Source: Octopus bimaculoides | Lineage: Eukaryota | Assembly (NCBI RefSeq): GCF_001194135.2 | Contig: NC_068985.1 | Location: 20,675,067 to 20,739,066, forward strand | DNA: 64,000 bases | Direction: 5' to 3' | Part shown: positions 1 to 11,339 of the stretch, piece after piece | Layout: every line of letters starts with the position of its first letter | Position numbering within the stretch: position 1 is the first letter of the stretch | Position numbers and translations under genes: made by a program | Notes under the pieces: model-generated | Told to the model about the DNA's origin: nothing | Databases searched by the model: none | What the model saw: the letters and a program-made list of their open reading frames with translations, nothing else

Positions 1-32
1 ACAATACACACACACACACGCACACACACATA

Positions 33-325
33 TCATCATCATTATCATCATTTAATATCTGTTTTCCATGCTGGAAAGGGTTGGGCAGTTCAACAGGAGC
101 TGGTAAGCCAGAGAGCTGTACCAGGCTCCAGCTTTCTGTTTTGGCTTGATTTCTATGGCTCGATGCCGTTCCTAATACTAACTACTTTACAGAGTGTACT
201 GGGTACTTTTTACTTGGTAACCAGTGAGGTTACCTAGTAGCTTGCAAGACATAGATCTCTCAGCAGAGAGTGGAACTGGGTGAAATGTCTGTGAGTCAGG
301 TGAGAGGTTAGAGTATAAAAGGACA
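33..325 (-). mobile_element. RTE-tail-type SINE/LINE 3' end (family A), diverged
   Basis: (CAT)n followed by TTTCCATGCTGG..GGGTTGG..CCAGGCTCC..CCTAA..CTTTACAGAGTGTACTGGGT, the reverse complement of the family A 3' end seen many times in this window. Confidence 0.7.
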
Positions 326-674
326 GCGATAATGTTATCTTACTATATATATCTATACTATATATAAAACAGAGATGTGTGTGTAATCGCTTTTCACGTG
401 AAATCGACTTCACCAAATGCTTCCATACTTGTAATGCATGAATAATTTGACCTCGGATAAATCTTAGGCTCTTCATTTGATTTTTTTAATAAAAAATAAA
501 TAATATTGCTTTATATTTAAGATTCACTTCTTTAAAAAGGTTCCTCAATGTCAACTTCCGGTATTGACGTAACAACCGCAAAAAGCTTCACTTTCTATTT
601 TGTGTGTTCGTGTGTATGAGAGAGCGAGAGAGAGAGAGTAAATACTACATACACACCGCTCTCTCACTCTGTCT

Positions 675-770
675 CACACACACCTTGACTCACACACACC
701 TTGACTCACACACACCTTGACTCACACACACCTTGACTCACACACACCTTGACTCACACACACCTTGACT
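675..770 (+). repeat. 16-bp minisatellite (CACACACACCTTGACT) x6 inside the Helitron
   Basis: Six exact tandem copies read directly. Confidence 0.9.
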
Positions 771-1142
771 CACTTACACTGTGTCTTTTACAAACACACA
801 CATACATAAATGTATACAAACATATTTACAAAGACACACGTGTGTATGTGCGCGCGTGCGTATTTGTAAGAGACAGAGTGTGAGTGAGTCAAGGGCTGTG
901 TTGTCATATGCATACATCCAAAGATGTATGTATATTTATGCATGTACGTATACATGACAACAAACCTCTCTCTCTCACTCACACTCTGTCTCTTACAAAC
1001 ACACACATACATAAATGTATACAAACATATTTACAAAGACACACGTGTGTATGCATACGTGCGTGTGTGTGGTGGGGCTCCACAATCGTCATTTATTTCA
1101 ATTACTCTTCTGAGGATATTCACGTAAATCATTTTTTCATTT

Positions 1143-1458
1143 AATCATCATCATCATCATCATCGTTTAACGTCCGCTTTCCATGCTAGCATGGGTTGGA
1201 CGATTTGACTGAGGACTGGTGAAACCGGATGGCAACACCAGGCTCCAATCTNNNNNNNNNNNNNNNNNNNNNNNNNNNNNNNNNNNNTACAGCTGGATGC
1301 CCTTCCTAACGCCAACCACTCAGAGAGTGTAGTGGGTGCTTTTACGTGTCACCCGCACGAAGGCCAGTCAGGCGGTACTGGCAATGGCCACGCTCGAAAT
1401 GGTGTATTTTATGTGCCACCCGCACAAGAGCCAGTCCAGGGGCACTGGCAACGATCCC
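1143..1458 (-). mobile_element. Young family A RTE-tail SINE nested in the Helitron
   Basis: (CAT)n CGTTTAACGTCCGCTTTCCATGCTAGCATGGGTTGGACG..GGTGAAACCGGATGGCAACACCAGGCTCCAATCT; near-identical to 31968-32141 and 63757-63961. Confidence 0.85.
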
Positions 1459-1685
1459 CATTTTAATTTTCGTAAAAGTTTCCAAGTACCAATGAGGTTT
1501 TTTGGCACATCTTCAATTTTCCCCATTCATGAGAGGCGCCCAGCCATCATTCATCTGAGAGTCCATCTACAGAATGTCCTCAAATTTCTATACAGCATAT
1601 TTTGCCTTTTTTTCTTCAAGTATATAAGCAACAATTTCATTCCCGAGCAACGCCGGGTGCCTCTGCTAGTATATATATATATATG

Positions 1686-1812
1686 AGAGGGTTTTTTTCA
1701 GTTTCCATCTGCCAGATTCACTCATAAGGCTTTGGTTAGCCAGGGACTATAGTAAAAGACACTTGCCTGGGGTGCCACACAGTGCAACTAATCTTGACCA
1801 TGTGGTTGGGAA
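1686..1812 (-). mobile_element. tRNA-head SINE family B, 5' part
   Basis: TTTCAGTTTCCATCT..CCAGATTCACTCATAAGGCTTTGG..AAGACACTTGCC..GTGCCAC..CATGTGGTTGGGAAGCAAACT matches family B copies. Confidence 0.7.
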
Positions 1813-3042
1813 GCAAACTTTTCAGCTACATAATTCATGGTATGTGTATGAAATTTTAGTTAAAATTTAAAAAAAGAAACTCTAAATAACTTAAGTGGAC
1901 TAATGGCTAGAATTTGCCATAAATCAAAAATGCTTAATGAATTAAATTTCCTATTAAGTTGGAGGAAGAAAACAAAATCCTAGCATCAATATTTATGGGA
2001 AATATTTATGGGAAATTGAGAACTATTCTCTCAAATTTAATTTAAACGCATAAGAGAAAATGTGACCTTTGTTTACAGGAGAGAGACAATTATGTGCCTA
2101 TTTCATTCTATTAGATCTCTTCAGGATCATATAGTGACAATTATATTACCCAATTCCTGACAATATCAAAAGCAGGCAGAGTGTTTAATAATATCAGGTA
2201 GACCATTTGATCGTTCCATATCAAATAATTATATTCAAAGGCAAGCCACACATGTCATTTCTGTGTTACAGTGACCTAACATTGCTTGAACAGTATTAAT
2301 ATTGTTGTTGGACATCAATCAGCCTTTATGCTGAATGTTTTGTATAAAAACTGTTTCCTATTCAAGCAGAGCAATAACCAAAAGTTGAAATCTTTCTCCA
2401 TATTGTTAAAAAGAGATTAATGAGAAAAAAAGAGTCACTGAATTTTTGATTTGGTTGCATTTTTTCGTTCTATCCACAGCTACCATCTACTTTGTCAGTT
2501 CTGTCCACTACTACAAATTATCTGTTACTACTTTTCTAGTTGCAATAAATCAAAACTAACTGGCAATCTACATTTCATTCACAGTTGCTTTTTTATGTCC
2601 TCCTTGCTCTTCCATACAATGTATAAAATAACATCTCATCAAAAAAGAAAATTAAGCATTTCCATGAGCGCCTACACATACACACACACGCACATATATA
2701 TACTCATAATTCACTCACACATATACACACATGCACACATCGCTTTTAATTCACATAAATATTCAGTCTAATACTTCTACATAACAATACAAATTCTGAA
2801 TCAACTTTAGGAGAATTTGAGTAAAATAAGCATAATAGTATTAAATGAAGCACTAAAAATTGTACGTTTCACATGTTTCCAACACTAAGCATTATGATAC
2901 CTTAATAACATAAAACCTTGATTTCTAAACGAACAAAAGAGCCATCTAAATCAAAAGTGTAAATTGACAACTCAAAGAAAAAAGAAAGAAATAACACTCT
3001 GGAAATAGCAGAAGTGAATTCCATTTATGCATCATGTTGGTA

Positions 3043-3057
3043 TCACATTGGATCAGG
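3043..3057 (-). CDS. Possible terminal coding exon (PDPM*) of the minus-strand gene
   Basis: Acceptor AAAATTTCAG|CCTGATCCAATGTGA; phase 0 fits one reading of exon 4451-4500; very short, easily chance. Confidence 0.15.
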   Translation of the reverse strand, partial: PDPM

Positions 3058-3320
3058 CTGAAATTTTATCATGACAAGGACTAATTTTTATAGGTGTAGA
3101 TGTGACTGTGAGCTTAAAACGTTTGCTTTCCGACTACATGGTTCTGGGAACATATCTTCTACTATAACCTCAAGCCAACCAAAGTTTTGAGAAACTGAAA
3201 GAAGCCCATCAAAACCGCTACATGTTTTGTGATTCAGGTGCATTTTCAAACCCCAAAAGAAATTCTCCTTTATTTTTTCTTGCATGGGAATACACATCTT
3301 TCCATATATATATATATATG

Positions 3321-3386
<66 letters not shown>

Positions 3387-3477
3387 CATGCATACACATA
3401 TATATATATATATACATGCATACACGTATATATATATATACATGCATACACGTATATATATATATATATACATGCAT

Positions 3478-3525
<48 letters not shown>

Positions 3526-3568
3526 GCATAAATTAGCCCTATCAACTTCTTGGACTATCTTATAAAAC

Positions 3569-3691
3569 TCTCTGATGAAGCCTAGAGTATACCTAAGTAC
3601 CCTAATTTGATCTACAGATTACTACAGTACACTGAAATGATAGAAATAACATGTTGGGTACTGTGACCTCTTGGCAGAAACAGCTGTAAGA
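3569..3691 (+). ncRNA. Minimal type I hammerhead-ribozyme-like motif with long stem II
   Basis: TCT-CTGATGA(3572-3578)-A-GCCTAGAG..80 nt..CTCTTGGC-A-GAAA(3677-3680)-palindromic ACAGCTGT-A(cleavage triplet GTA 3686-3688)-AGA. Confidence 0.6.
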
Positions 3692-3705
3692 AACTACTCT
3701 CTCTA

Positions 3706-3829
3706 TTCTAGTAATTACTAATACTTTACGCATGTATTCATATATTATCTGAACTGTTTAAAATAAATAAATAGACATAATATAATGTCTAACAGCTGAT
3801 GAATACTACCTCTGGATTCCCTCCATTTT
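3706..3829 (+). repeat. Dispersed ~124-bp repeat, second copy at 18406-18529
   Basis: TTCTAG.AATTACTAATACTTTAC..GAATACTACCTCTGGATTCCCTCCATTTT aligns with only about 7 differences. Confidence 0.85.
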
Positions 3830-4450
3830 CTTCTTGCCATATATATATATATATATTTCTGTAGAGTTTCAGTTTACCAAATTTCACTTGCAAGGTATTG
3901 GTCAACCTAAGGCTATAGTAGAAACATATTTGCTCCATATTTGCTCCATGGAGCAAATATGTTCCTACTATATAACCAGCAATAAGATCAAACTCAAAAC
4001 AACAAATAGTTAAAAGAGAACTTTTGAACTACAGTGCTATACCTTGGCCTGTACAAAACACACACATATTGTATAATGCATGTGTATGCATGCTTTTTCA
4101 ATGTAAAATTAATGTATGTCACAGAAAATGTTTATTTACAGATTCCTCCACCCCCACATAATGCTAATTACACAGCAGTAACATTAGTTCAATATTGAAG
4201 TGTATCAATAAGTCTGAACTTAGTAATCACACCTAACAATAACCTGACTTTATCTGACCTACATATTTATTGCCATTAATTCATGGATGACAGGTTGGTT
4301 CTAACAAAAAGCACTGTACATCTCAACTCAATTTATATCATCAGTTTTAATCACCGTCGAAATAACCAGTTTACTGTCAATATTTTATCCACCCATTAGG
4401 TTATATATAAACTTATAATATTCCACATTCATTCATTATTTCTTCCTTAC

Positions 4451-4500
4451 CAAGCAAAATGAATATAGCCAGTTGCTTGACCTACAATGATCAAAGGTGT
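4451..4500 (-). CDS. Candidate 50-nt coding exon
   Basis: Acceptor TTATTGCTCATTGATACAG| and donor TTG|GTAAGG; two frames open (TFDHCRSSNWLYSFCL or TPLIIVGQATGYIHFA). Confidence 0.3.
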
Positions 4501-4673
4501 CTGTATCAATGAGCAATAAGCAATATTGATTATTTCAGAAAAAATATATAAAACCTATTTCTGATATATGTATTTGAATTGAGGTTATGTAGACTAAAAT
4601 ACTGTTACTAAATGCAGGAGAAAAATAAACATCTGTAAATGAATTTGTACATACCACATGTTATCTGATAGTT

Positions 4674-4860
4674 CAGGGGCCTCCCAGAGTGGTCGATATC
4701 GACACCTAGGGGTCGATGAGACTATTCAAGGGATGGATAAATGCACATCTATTTAATAATTATTATTTATTTATTCATTTTCTTGTACATGCCTGGGTGG
4801 TCGATGAGGGGTCTAGGATTTCATGAAGGGTTGATAGTCTAAAATGTTTAGGCACCCTTG
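4674..4860. mobile_element. hAT-type MITE, 187 bp
   Basis: Termini CAGGGGCCTCCCAGAG / GGCACCCTTG; perfect 8-bp TSD TGATAGTT (4666-4673, 4861-4868); homologous in opposite orientation to 9552-9741. Confidence 0.85.
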
Positions 4861-5212
4861 TGATAGTTCAAAGCTTACCAATTCAGATATCTTAATTCTA
4901 GACATATATTCTAAATATATTGCATTTTTTTTTCCTATCTATTTTCCTTTTTTTTAATTATTCGCATTCACCCTTTTAATAGCCTCAATTATCAAACTGA
5001 AACTATGCTGTGAAACCAGCTTCCAAGTGTTTTAGTCAATTACCTTTACTCTGTGACATATTTGAGTCTTGTGCTTATTTTATTGATCCATATTTTCTCA
5101 CACGACCAGGTTTACACTTTTTCACACATCACTGGTTTTATAACAGAAACACAGACATATACACACACACATACATACATACACATCAAATACCTACAAA
5201 CACATACATATG

Positions 5213-5294
<82 letters not shown>

Positions 5295-5299
<5 letters not shown>

Positions 5300-5526
5300 T
5301 CTTTATTGCCCACAAGGAGCTAAGCATAGAGGGGACAAACAAGGACAGACAAAGGGATTAAGTCGATTACATCAACCCCAATGCGTGTCTGGTACTTAAT
5401 TTATCGACCCCGAAAGGATGAAAGGCAAAGTCGATCTCGGCGGAATTTGAACTCAGAATGTAATGGCAGACAAAATACTGCTAAGCATTTCACCCGGCGT
5501 GCTAACGATTCTGCCAGCTCGCCGCC
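5295..5526 (-). mobile_element. tRNA-head SINE family C, near full length
   Basis: Minus strand GGCGGCGAGCTGGCAGAATCGTTAGCACGCCGGGTGAAATGCTTAG..TTCTGAGTTCAAATTCCGCC (A/B boxes)..CTTTGCCTTTCATCCTTTCGGGGTCGATAAATTAAGTACC..AATAAAGAAATAA. Confidence 0.85.
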
Positions 5527-5544
5527 TTATATATATAATATATA

Positions 5545-5662
5545 TATTTATCACTGATGAAGGCTGATTTATAGGGTTACCCTAGGTTTCTTGCCATAAA
5601 GGTACCCTTTATGCCAAGAAACCCAGGATAACCCTATAACTGGTCTTCACCAGTAATAAATA
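5545..5662. repeat. Foldback/MITE-like palindrome, ~58-bp arms, 3-nt loop
   Basis: TATTTATCACTGATGAAGG..TTATAGGGTTACCCTAGGTTTCTTGCCATAAAGG-TAC-CCTTTATGCCAAGAAACCCAGGATAACCCTATAA..CTTCACCAGTAATAAATA. Confidence 0.85.
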
Positions 5663-7499
5663 CAGACTGCTCTACTTCTTAGAGTGTGCTTCTTCTCCGG
5701 ATTTATGTTTTTCTAAAACAAGCAATATATATATATATATATATATATATACCATCATCACCATCGTTTAACATCCGCTTTCCATGCTGGCATGGGTTAG
5801 ACAGTGTGACTCCATGTCTGTGTTTGTGTTTATCCCTGTAAAACCAGTGTTGTATGGAAAACAGGCTTAGGTATGGCTATGTAATTGAGAAGCTCACTTC
5901 ACAATTTATTGTTTTAGGTTTGGCCCCATTGGGCAGCATCTTGGACAAATGTCTTCTAATATGATCCCAAGTGGCAGTTCAAGATATATCAAGAACTATA
6001 TTGTTTAAGTATAATCCCATTTTAAAAAACTTTGGGGTTTATTTTGCAGGAGATTTTGGCTGCTATTTTATAGAGGTTGAGCCACATAGTCAGATGTATT
6101 TTGAGAGAGATTTTATCTGCTATTTTTGGTAGTTTAAGAAAAACGGTTTGGTTTAATTTGAGAGAGATTTGGCTGCTATTTCTTGAAGGTAGAGACTCAT
6201 TCATTGGGTTAGACTATAATTGGTATGTTGGACAGTTGAAAGATCACAGAGGAATATATTAAATACATAAAACAAGGAAATAAATTTGGAAATATGTTTT
6301 TCTAATGTAGAGCAATAAAAATATTAAAAAACATAAAAAGGAAAACGTACAGAAAGAGAGGATAACTAAAACAATTAGATGAAGATGATTTGTAAGAGGA
6401 CTTTAGATACTTGCTAATCTATGACAATATTTATATATCATTTGTTATTAGCAGAAGAAGAGATAAAAGAAGGATTTAAGTAATTTCACAGTATAAAGTT
6501 TGTTTATTTTATAAACATTAGAGAAGGAAGAAAGTAAATTTGTTTTGTTAGTTTGGGAAGAAGGCAAGGGTCTTTAACCCGTTTATAGCTTTTAATCCAT
6601 GGATAAAAATGTTAGTTAGCGGTGTACTGAATAAGGTAAAGGAGGAGAGAGTATAAAATAAAAGATGATAGAGAAAGTGAGTGTGTGTGTGTGTGTGTAT
6701 GTTGCTGTTATATGGAAAGAGAAAGGAATATTCAAAAAGACCATATCCAAAAGATACTAGAGAAATTAAAATGCAATCTTATCATGACAATTCAATCTCT
6801 TTATCAATAACCCTCAAGTAGCAATCTATCACTCTCATTTATCATAATCTCACCCTTATCACTCTGGTTCTCTTCTATTACCCTTTTTCTCTCAAACTTG
6901 ATCTCTAGCTCTCTTCCATCCAGAAGTGTGGGAAAGGAAAGAATAAATACAAAGATAATACAAGGAAAAGAAGACACTCTTTAGTGTTACTAAGGGTGAG
7001 ATAACCTCTTTGATTGTGAAAGAATGACAAGACAACTTGGGAAAGAGGGAACTTTTTCATAGGCTTAGGAACAAGGGGTGCAGTGGGTACACCTGCACTC
7101 CTAAAATTTGGGTGGGGGGGCAATGAAAACAAACATCCTGGGTTGGACTTGAGTTTGCATCCACTAAGCAAATTTCATTCCTGCAACTTATGAACTCTTT
7201 AGTCTAACTGGGTTGAAGACAACTTCTCCAGTGTTGGTGCTATAACAAAATGCTCCGAGTACATTCTGTAGAGTGTTTGGCAATGTGAAGGGTATCCAAT
7301 CATAAAGTCCATGCCAAATGAGACATGGTTCCAAACCTGTCCAGTGGGGGTACACAGGGTGTTAATAAGAACTGACTCAGACTGTAATGACCTATCCAAC
7401 CCATACCAGCATTGAAAAGCAGATATAAGGTAATGATACTAACTCACCCAAACTGCCTCTGGTTCTGTGATGCAAAATTGTTTTTATTTCAAAGTTACC

Positions 7500-7700
7500 A
7501 TCATCATCATCATCATCATTGTTATCATTTAATGTCCATTTTCCATGCTAGCATGGGTTGGACAGTTTGACAGGAGCTGGAGGGATGCACCACGCTCCAA
7601 TCTTCTGTTTTTGGCATGATTTCTACAGTTGAATGCCCTTCCTGAAGCCAACCACTTTACAGAGTGTACTGGGTGCTTTTTATGTGGCACCAACAGGAAT
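7500..7700 (-). mobile_element. Family A RTE-tail element (a second, plus-strand copy lies at ~7240-7440)
   Basis: (CAT)n TTTCCATGCTAGCATGGGTTGGACAGTTTGACAGGAGCTGG..TGCCCTTCCTGAAGCCAACCACTTTACAGAGTGTACTGGGTGC. Confidence 0.75.
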
Positions 7701-7759
7701 GTTTATTTATAAATTTAAACCTTTCAACCTAATCTATGACACAATCTGTTGATATATGT

Positions 7760-8180
7760 TTTACTCTTTTACGCTTTTACTTGTTTCAATCATTTGACTG
7801 TGGCCATGCTGGAGCACCATCTTTAGTCAAACAAATCAACCCCAGGACTTATTCTTTGTAAGCCTAGTACTTATTCTATTGGTCTGTTTTGCTGAACTGC
7901 TAAGTTACAGGGACGTAAACACACCAGCATCAGTTGTCAAGCGATGTTGGGGGGGGACAAACACAGACACACAAACATGTACACACACATACATACATAT
8001 ATATATATACATACATACGATGGGCTTCTTTCAGTTTCCATCTACCAAATTCACTCACAAGGCTTTGGTCGGCCCGAGGCTATAGTAGAAGACACTTGCC
8101 CAAGGTGCCACGCAGTGGGACTGAACCCAGAACCATGTGGTTGGTAAACAAGCTACTTACCACACAACCACTCCTGCGCC
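7760..8180 (-). mobile_element. SINE family B, full length with internal microsatellite
   Basis: Minus: GGCGCAGGAGTGGTTGTGTGGTAAGTAGCTTG..GGTTCAGTCCCACTGCGTGGCACCTTGGGCAAGTGTC..(TA/TG)n..TTTGTCCCCCCCAACATCGCTTGACAAC..GAAACAAGTAAAAG tail. Confidence 0.85.
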
Positions 8181-9551
8181 TAACTTATAACTAAAGACTT
8201 ATTTGACTAAACTTCTCCACATTTATGATTATTTTCAAAATTTACTGAGACATACAGTTAGTATATCTCTAGAATTATGGTTACTTAAGGATTTATACAG
8301 CCTGACGGCATTTTTCTTATTTTTCCCCAGTTTTGACCACTCTTTCTTCTATGATACAAGCTACCAGTTTTAAAGTGATCTAAATTAAAACCTTTACATC
8401 AAAATTTTGAGTTATTTTATGTTCCATGCACCAGTTTAATAATGGCAAAATACTTCATTATTTTCAAAATTGTTTGAAACAAAGGCAATGAATTTCAACA
8501 GAAACATTGGTATCAAAAGACTTAAATATATAACATACATTCTGTCTTCCAGTTATTTTCCCTTGGGGAATTTAAAATTCTTCCAAAGAAAAAATAAAAA
8601 CATTTAAAAAATACACAAAACAAAACTCGTATACATTTCAGAACAGCAAATTAATGGACATTGTCTGAATATATATTGATTGGATTCTAATCTAGTTACA
8701 GGTGTGGGCTACAGATAAAGTATCATTTTATAAAGGGCATGGTTAGTCAAATGAACTCAGTAATGGGTGTGTCCATTTAGAATGTAAAGTGTTTGAAATC
8801 CTCTTTTAATTCCACTTAATACTATTTCGTTCATTTCTCATGCCTTTGCTGTGTTTTTTTTGTTTTTTTATAAGGTTCATCATAGCAAATATCTTTAGAA
8901 ATACTATTTTCACTAACTCTATATTGCTAAGTGTCAGGCAGTTTCAAATAATAGATAAAACAAATATCTATCAATATATTCCTATATTATATCCTGTTGT
9001 GATATAAACTATGTCTAAAGAACATGTAGAAAATGGAATTTTGGATCTGGTTTTCTTTAATACTTGCAACTAATTCAATCATAATGTCAATTTGTCAATT
9101 AAGTATTTGAGAATGACAAGCACGCCAAAAGTTCCCTTTTGTCTTTGCCCTTACAATCAACAGAAGCCAATAAAGAGTCCTATACATTGCCGTTTGACTT
9201 GCTAGAAATACCAACCACCTCTTCTTTAAATCACACCCTACTATATTCAGAAAAAGTAGGAGTGACTGTGTGGTAAGTAGATTGCTTACAAACCACATGG
9301 TTCCAGGTTCAGTCCCACTGCATAGCACCTTGGGTAAGTGTCTTCTACTATAGCCTCAGGCCAACCAAAGCTTTGTGAGTGGATTTGGTAGNNNNNNNNN
9401 NTCTTATATATATATATATATGTATGTATGTATGTGGGTGTGTTTCATTTTAGACCTGCTTGATCAGAGTGACCTGGGGTTAAACAACAGTAACAGCATG
9501 GTCCATCACATTTTGATGAGAAAATTTTACCTAAAAGGTCAAAGTCTAAAA

Positions 9552-9741
9552 CAGGGGTGCCCAAACTTTTTAGATCATCAATACCTTTATGGAATCCTTC
9601 ACCCCTCATCGACCCCCACCCCAGGCATGTACAAGAAAATAAATAAATAATAAAAATAATTAAGTAGATGTGCATTTATCGACCCCTTGAATAGTTCCAT
9701 CAACTCCCAGGGGTCGATATTGACCACTTTGGAGAGCTCTG
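9552..9741. mobile_element. hAT-type (Charlie-like) MITE, 190 bp
   Basis: CAGGGGTGCCCAAACT..TTTGGAGAGCTCTG with perfect 8-bp TSD GTCTAAAA (9544-9551, 9742-9749). Confidence 0.88.
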
Positions 9742-10801
9742 GTCTAAAACCTCAAGAGCAACAAGGAATTTTTCATGAATATTATTTTCATTATATGCTT
9801 GGATAAGTAAGAACAAAAATTGAAAAGAATACTGTTTTCCTTTTGTTTTTGTTGGGGTTTTTTTCAGACCTGGCAGAGTTCAAATTCCACCAAGGAAAAC
9901 TTAGTTTTTCAGCCCCCTGGGATTGATGAGATAAAGTACTTTTACCTGAGTCAATGACACAGACTAAGATCCTCCCATAAAAATTACTGGCTTTGTGCCT
10001 AAATTAGAGACAATTATTACTCCAAAGTTTCATTTTTATGACAGCTGACTAAACATTTCAGAGGAAGTATAAACTACATTTTAGCTATAGTTCCAGTATC
10101 TGACTGTCTGTAGCTGTGATGAAGCTCTGATTTAATAATCACAGTATCAATTCCTGTAGCAATTTCTGCATTGTAAATTTGGCAAGATAAGCTATTCTAA
10201 TTTTTCTCCTGCACTATTCTTTCCTGATATGAAATAATCAACAGTTTAAGTAAAGAAATGCTTAGCACCAGGGAGATTACAAAGGTAGAAAATAAATAAC
10301 TCAGTTATGCCATCAGCATGAAAAACAATAGCAAAGTTAGCGGTAACATTTCATACATGATGCATTTAAAAACTAACTAGAATTGCAGAGAGGAAAAAGC
10401 AATATTAGTCAATAGCTAACATTATTTTAATTACTTTGGCAATACAGATCAGTTCAGACATATTTCTACACCAGCTGTTGTATAACCTTGTACATTTACT
10501 ATTATTATTTCTCCCATCACTATCTTAGCAAGTTCAGAAATAAGTCTATGGTTTGCTGATGAGACCATAATAAGACAAAAACATATCAAGAGTTGCATCC
10601 CATTCTTGTTGAAAAATGCATATTATATTAGTCTTTGACTAATAAGATTTTTTCTTCATTACATAATTATTTATCGTCAATTTTTGTATGCTCGCTTAAC
10701 AGTGCTGTTTGTAGATGCATATACTAGTCCACAAACATAAATCAAGATCACAACAGGAAGTAAAGGTACATTTTAAATACACATTGCATATTGCACATGT
10801 T

Positions 10802-10849
<48 letters not shown>

Positions 10850-11339
10850 GGCAAAATAAATTCCCTTGTACCCTACTTTTCTGCCAGTAGATTATCTGTC
10901 ACATAATAAATTTCACTCTCTAGCTAACTATAGTCTGTATTACTACATCTCTGGATTTCAAATATCATAATGTTAATCGTAAAACAAATTTTTCATAACA
11001 AATTTTAAATATGTATTAATATTGATAGTTTGTTGTTGGATACAATGACTTTGGGCTAATTCTATTACTGTATGGGACTGCTTCACTCATGAGTTAATGA
11101 GGGAGAATTTAAGAGGACATTTTAACTGCTAGAAATAGCAATTAAATTTCCTTTAAATCACACCTTACCATCTTAAAACAGGACATGTTGGATAATGTAG
11201 TCTTGTGTTTCCTGCACATTGAAAAATGTTGAGATGGTCATGGCTGGAGTATATTTTATCAAAGGTCTGTTTTATCAGGGTTCAACTGGGGCTGAACAAC
11301 CACTACTGTAACTATTTCAGTTGCATTAGTATGTATTGG

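Larger units (their letters stand above)
352..1669 (+). mobile_element. Non-autonomous Helitron with internal minisatellite and nested SINE
   Basis: 5' TCTATACTATATATAAAA at 352 preceded by A; GC-rich hairpin CCCGAGCAACGCCGGG at 1642-1657, 8 nt before terminal CTAG (1666-1669) followed by T; A|T insertion in (TA)n, no TSD. Confidence 0.8.

Noticed and set aside
1208-1230. CTGAGGA..GAAAC in young family A copies as a hammerhead
   Set aside because: No pairable stem II, no UH after stem III, and older copies lack the motif
5295-5526. SINE heads as tRNA genes
   Set aside because: A/B boxes present but no complete cloverleaf; continuous with SINE bodies
6041-6182. Three ~28-nt direct repeats with ~29-nt spacers, CRISPR-like in look
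   Set aside because: Repeats are imperfect, spacers weakly resemble each other, context is eukaryotic with no cas genes; best read as a decayed ~57-bp tandem repeat
10553-10590. CTGATGA-GACC..GAC-AAAAAC-ATATC possible hammerhead relic
   Set aside because: GAAA absent and stems II/III broken; plausible fossil but not supportable
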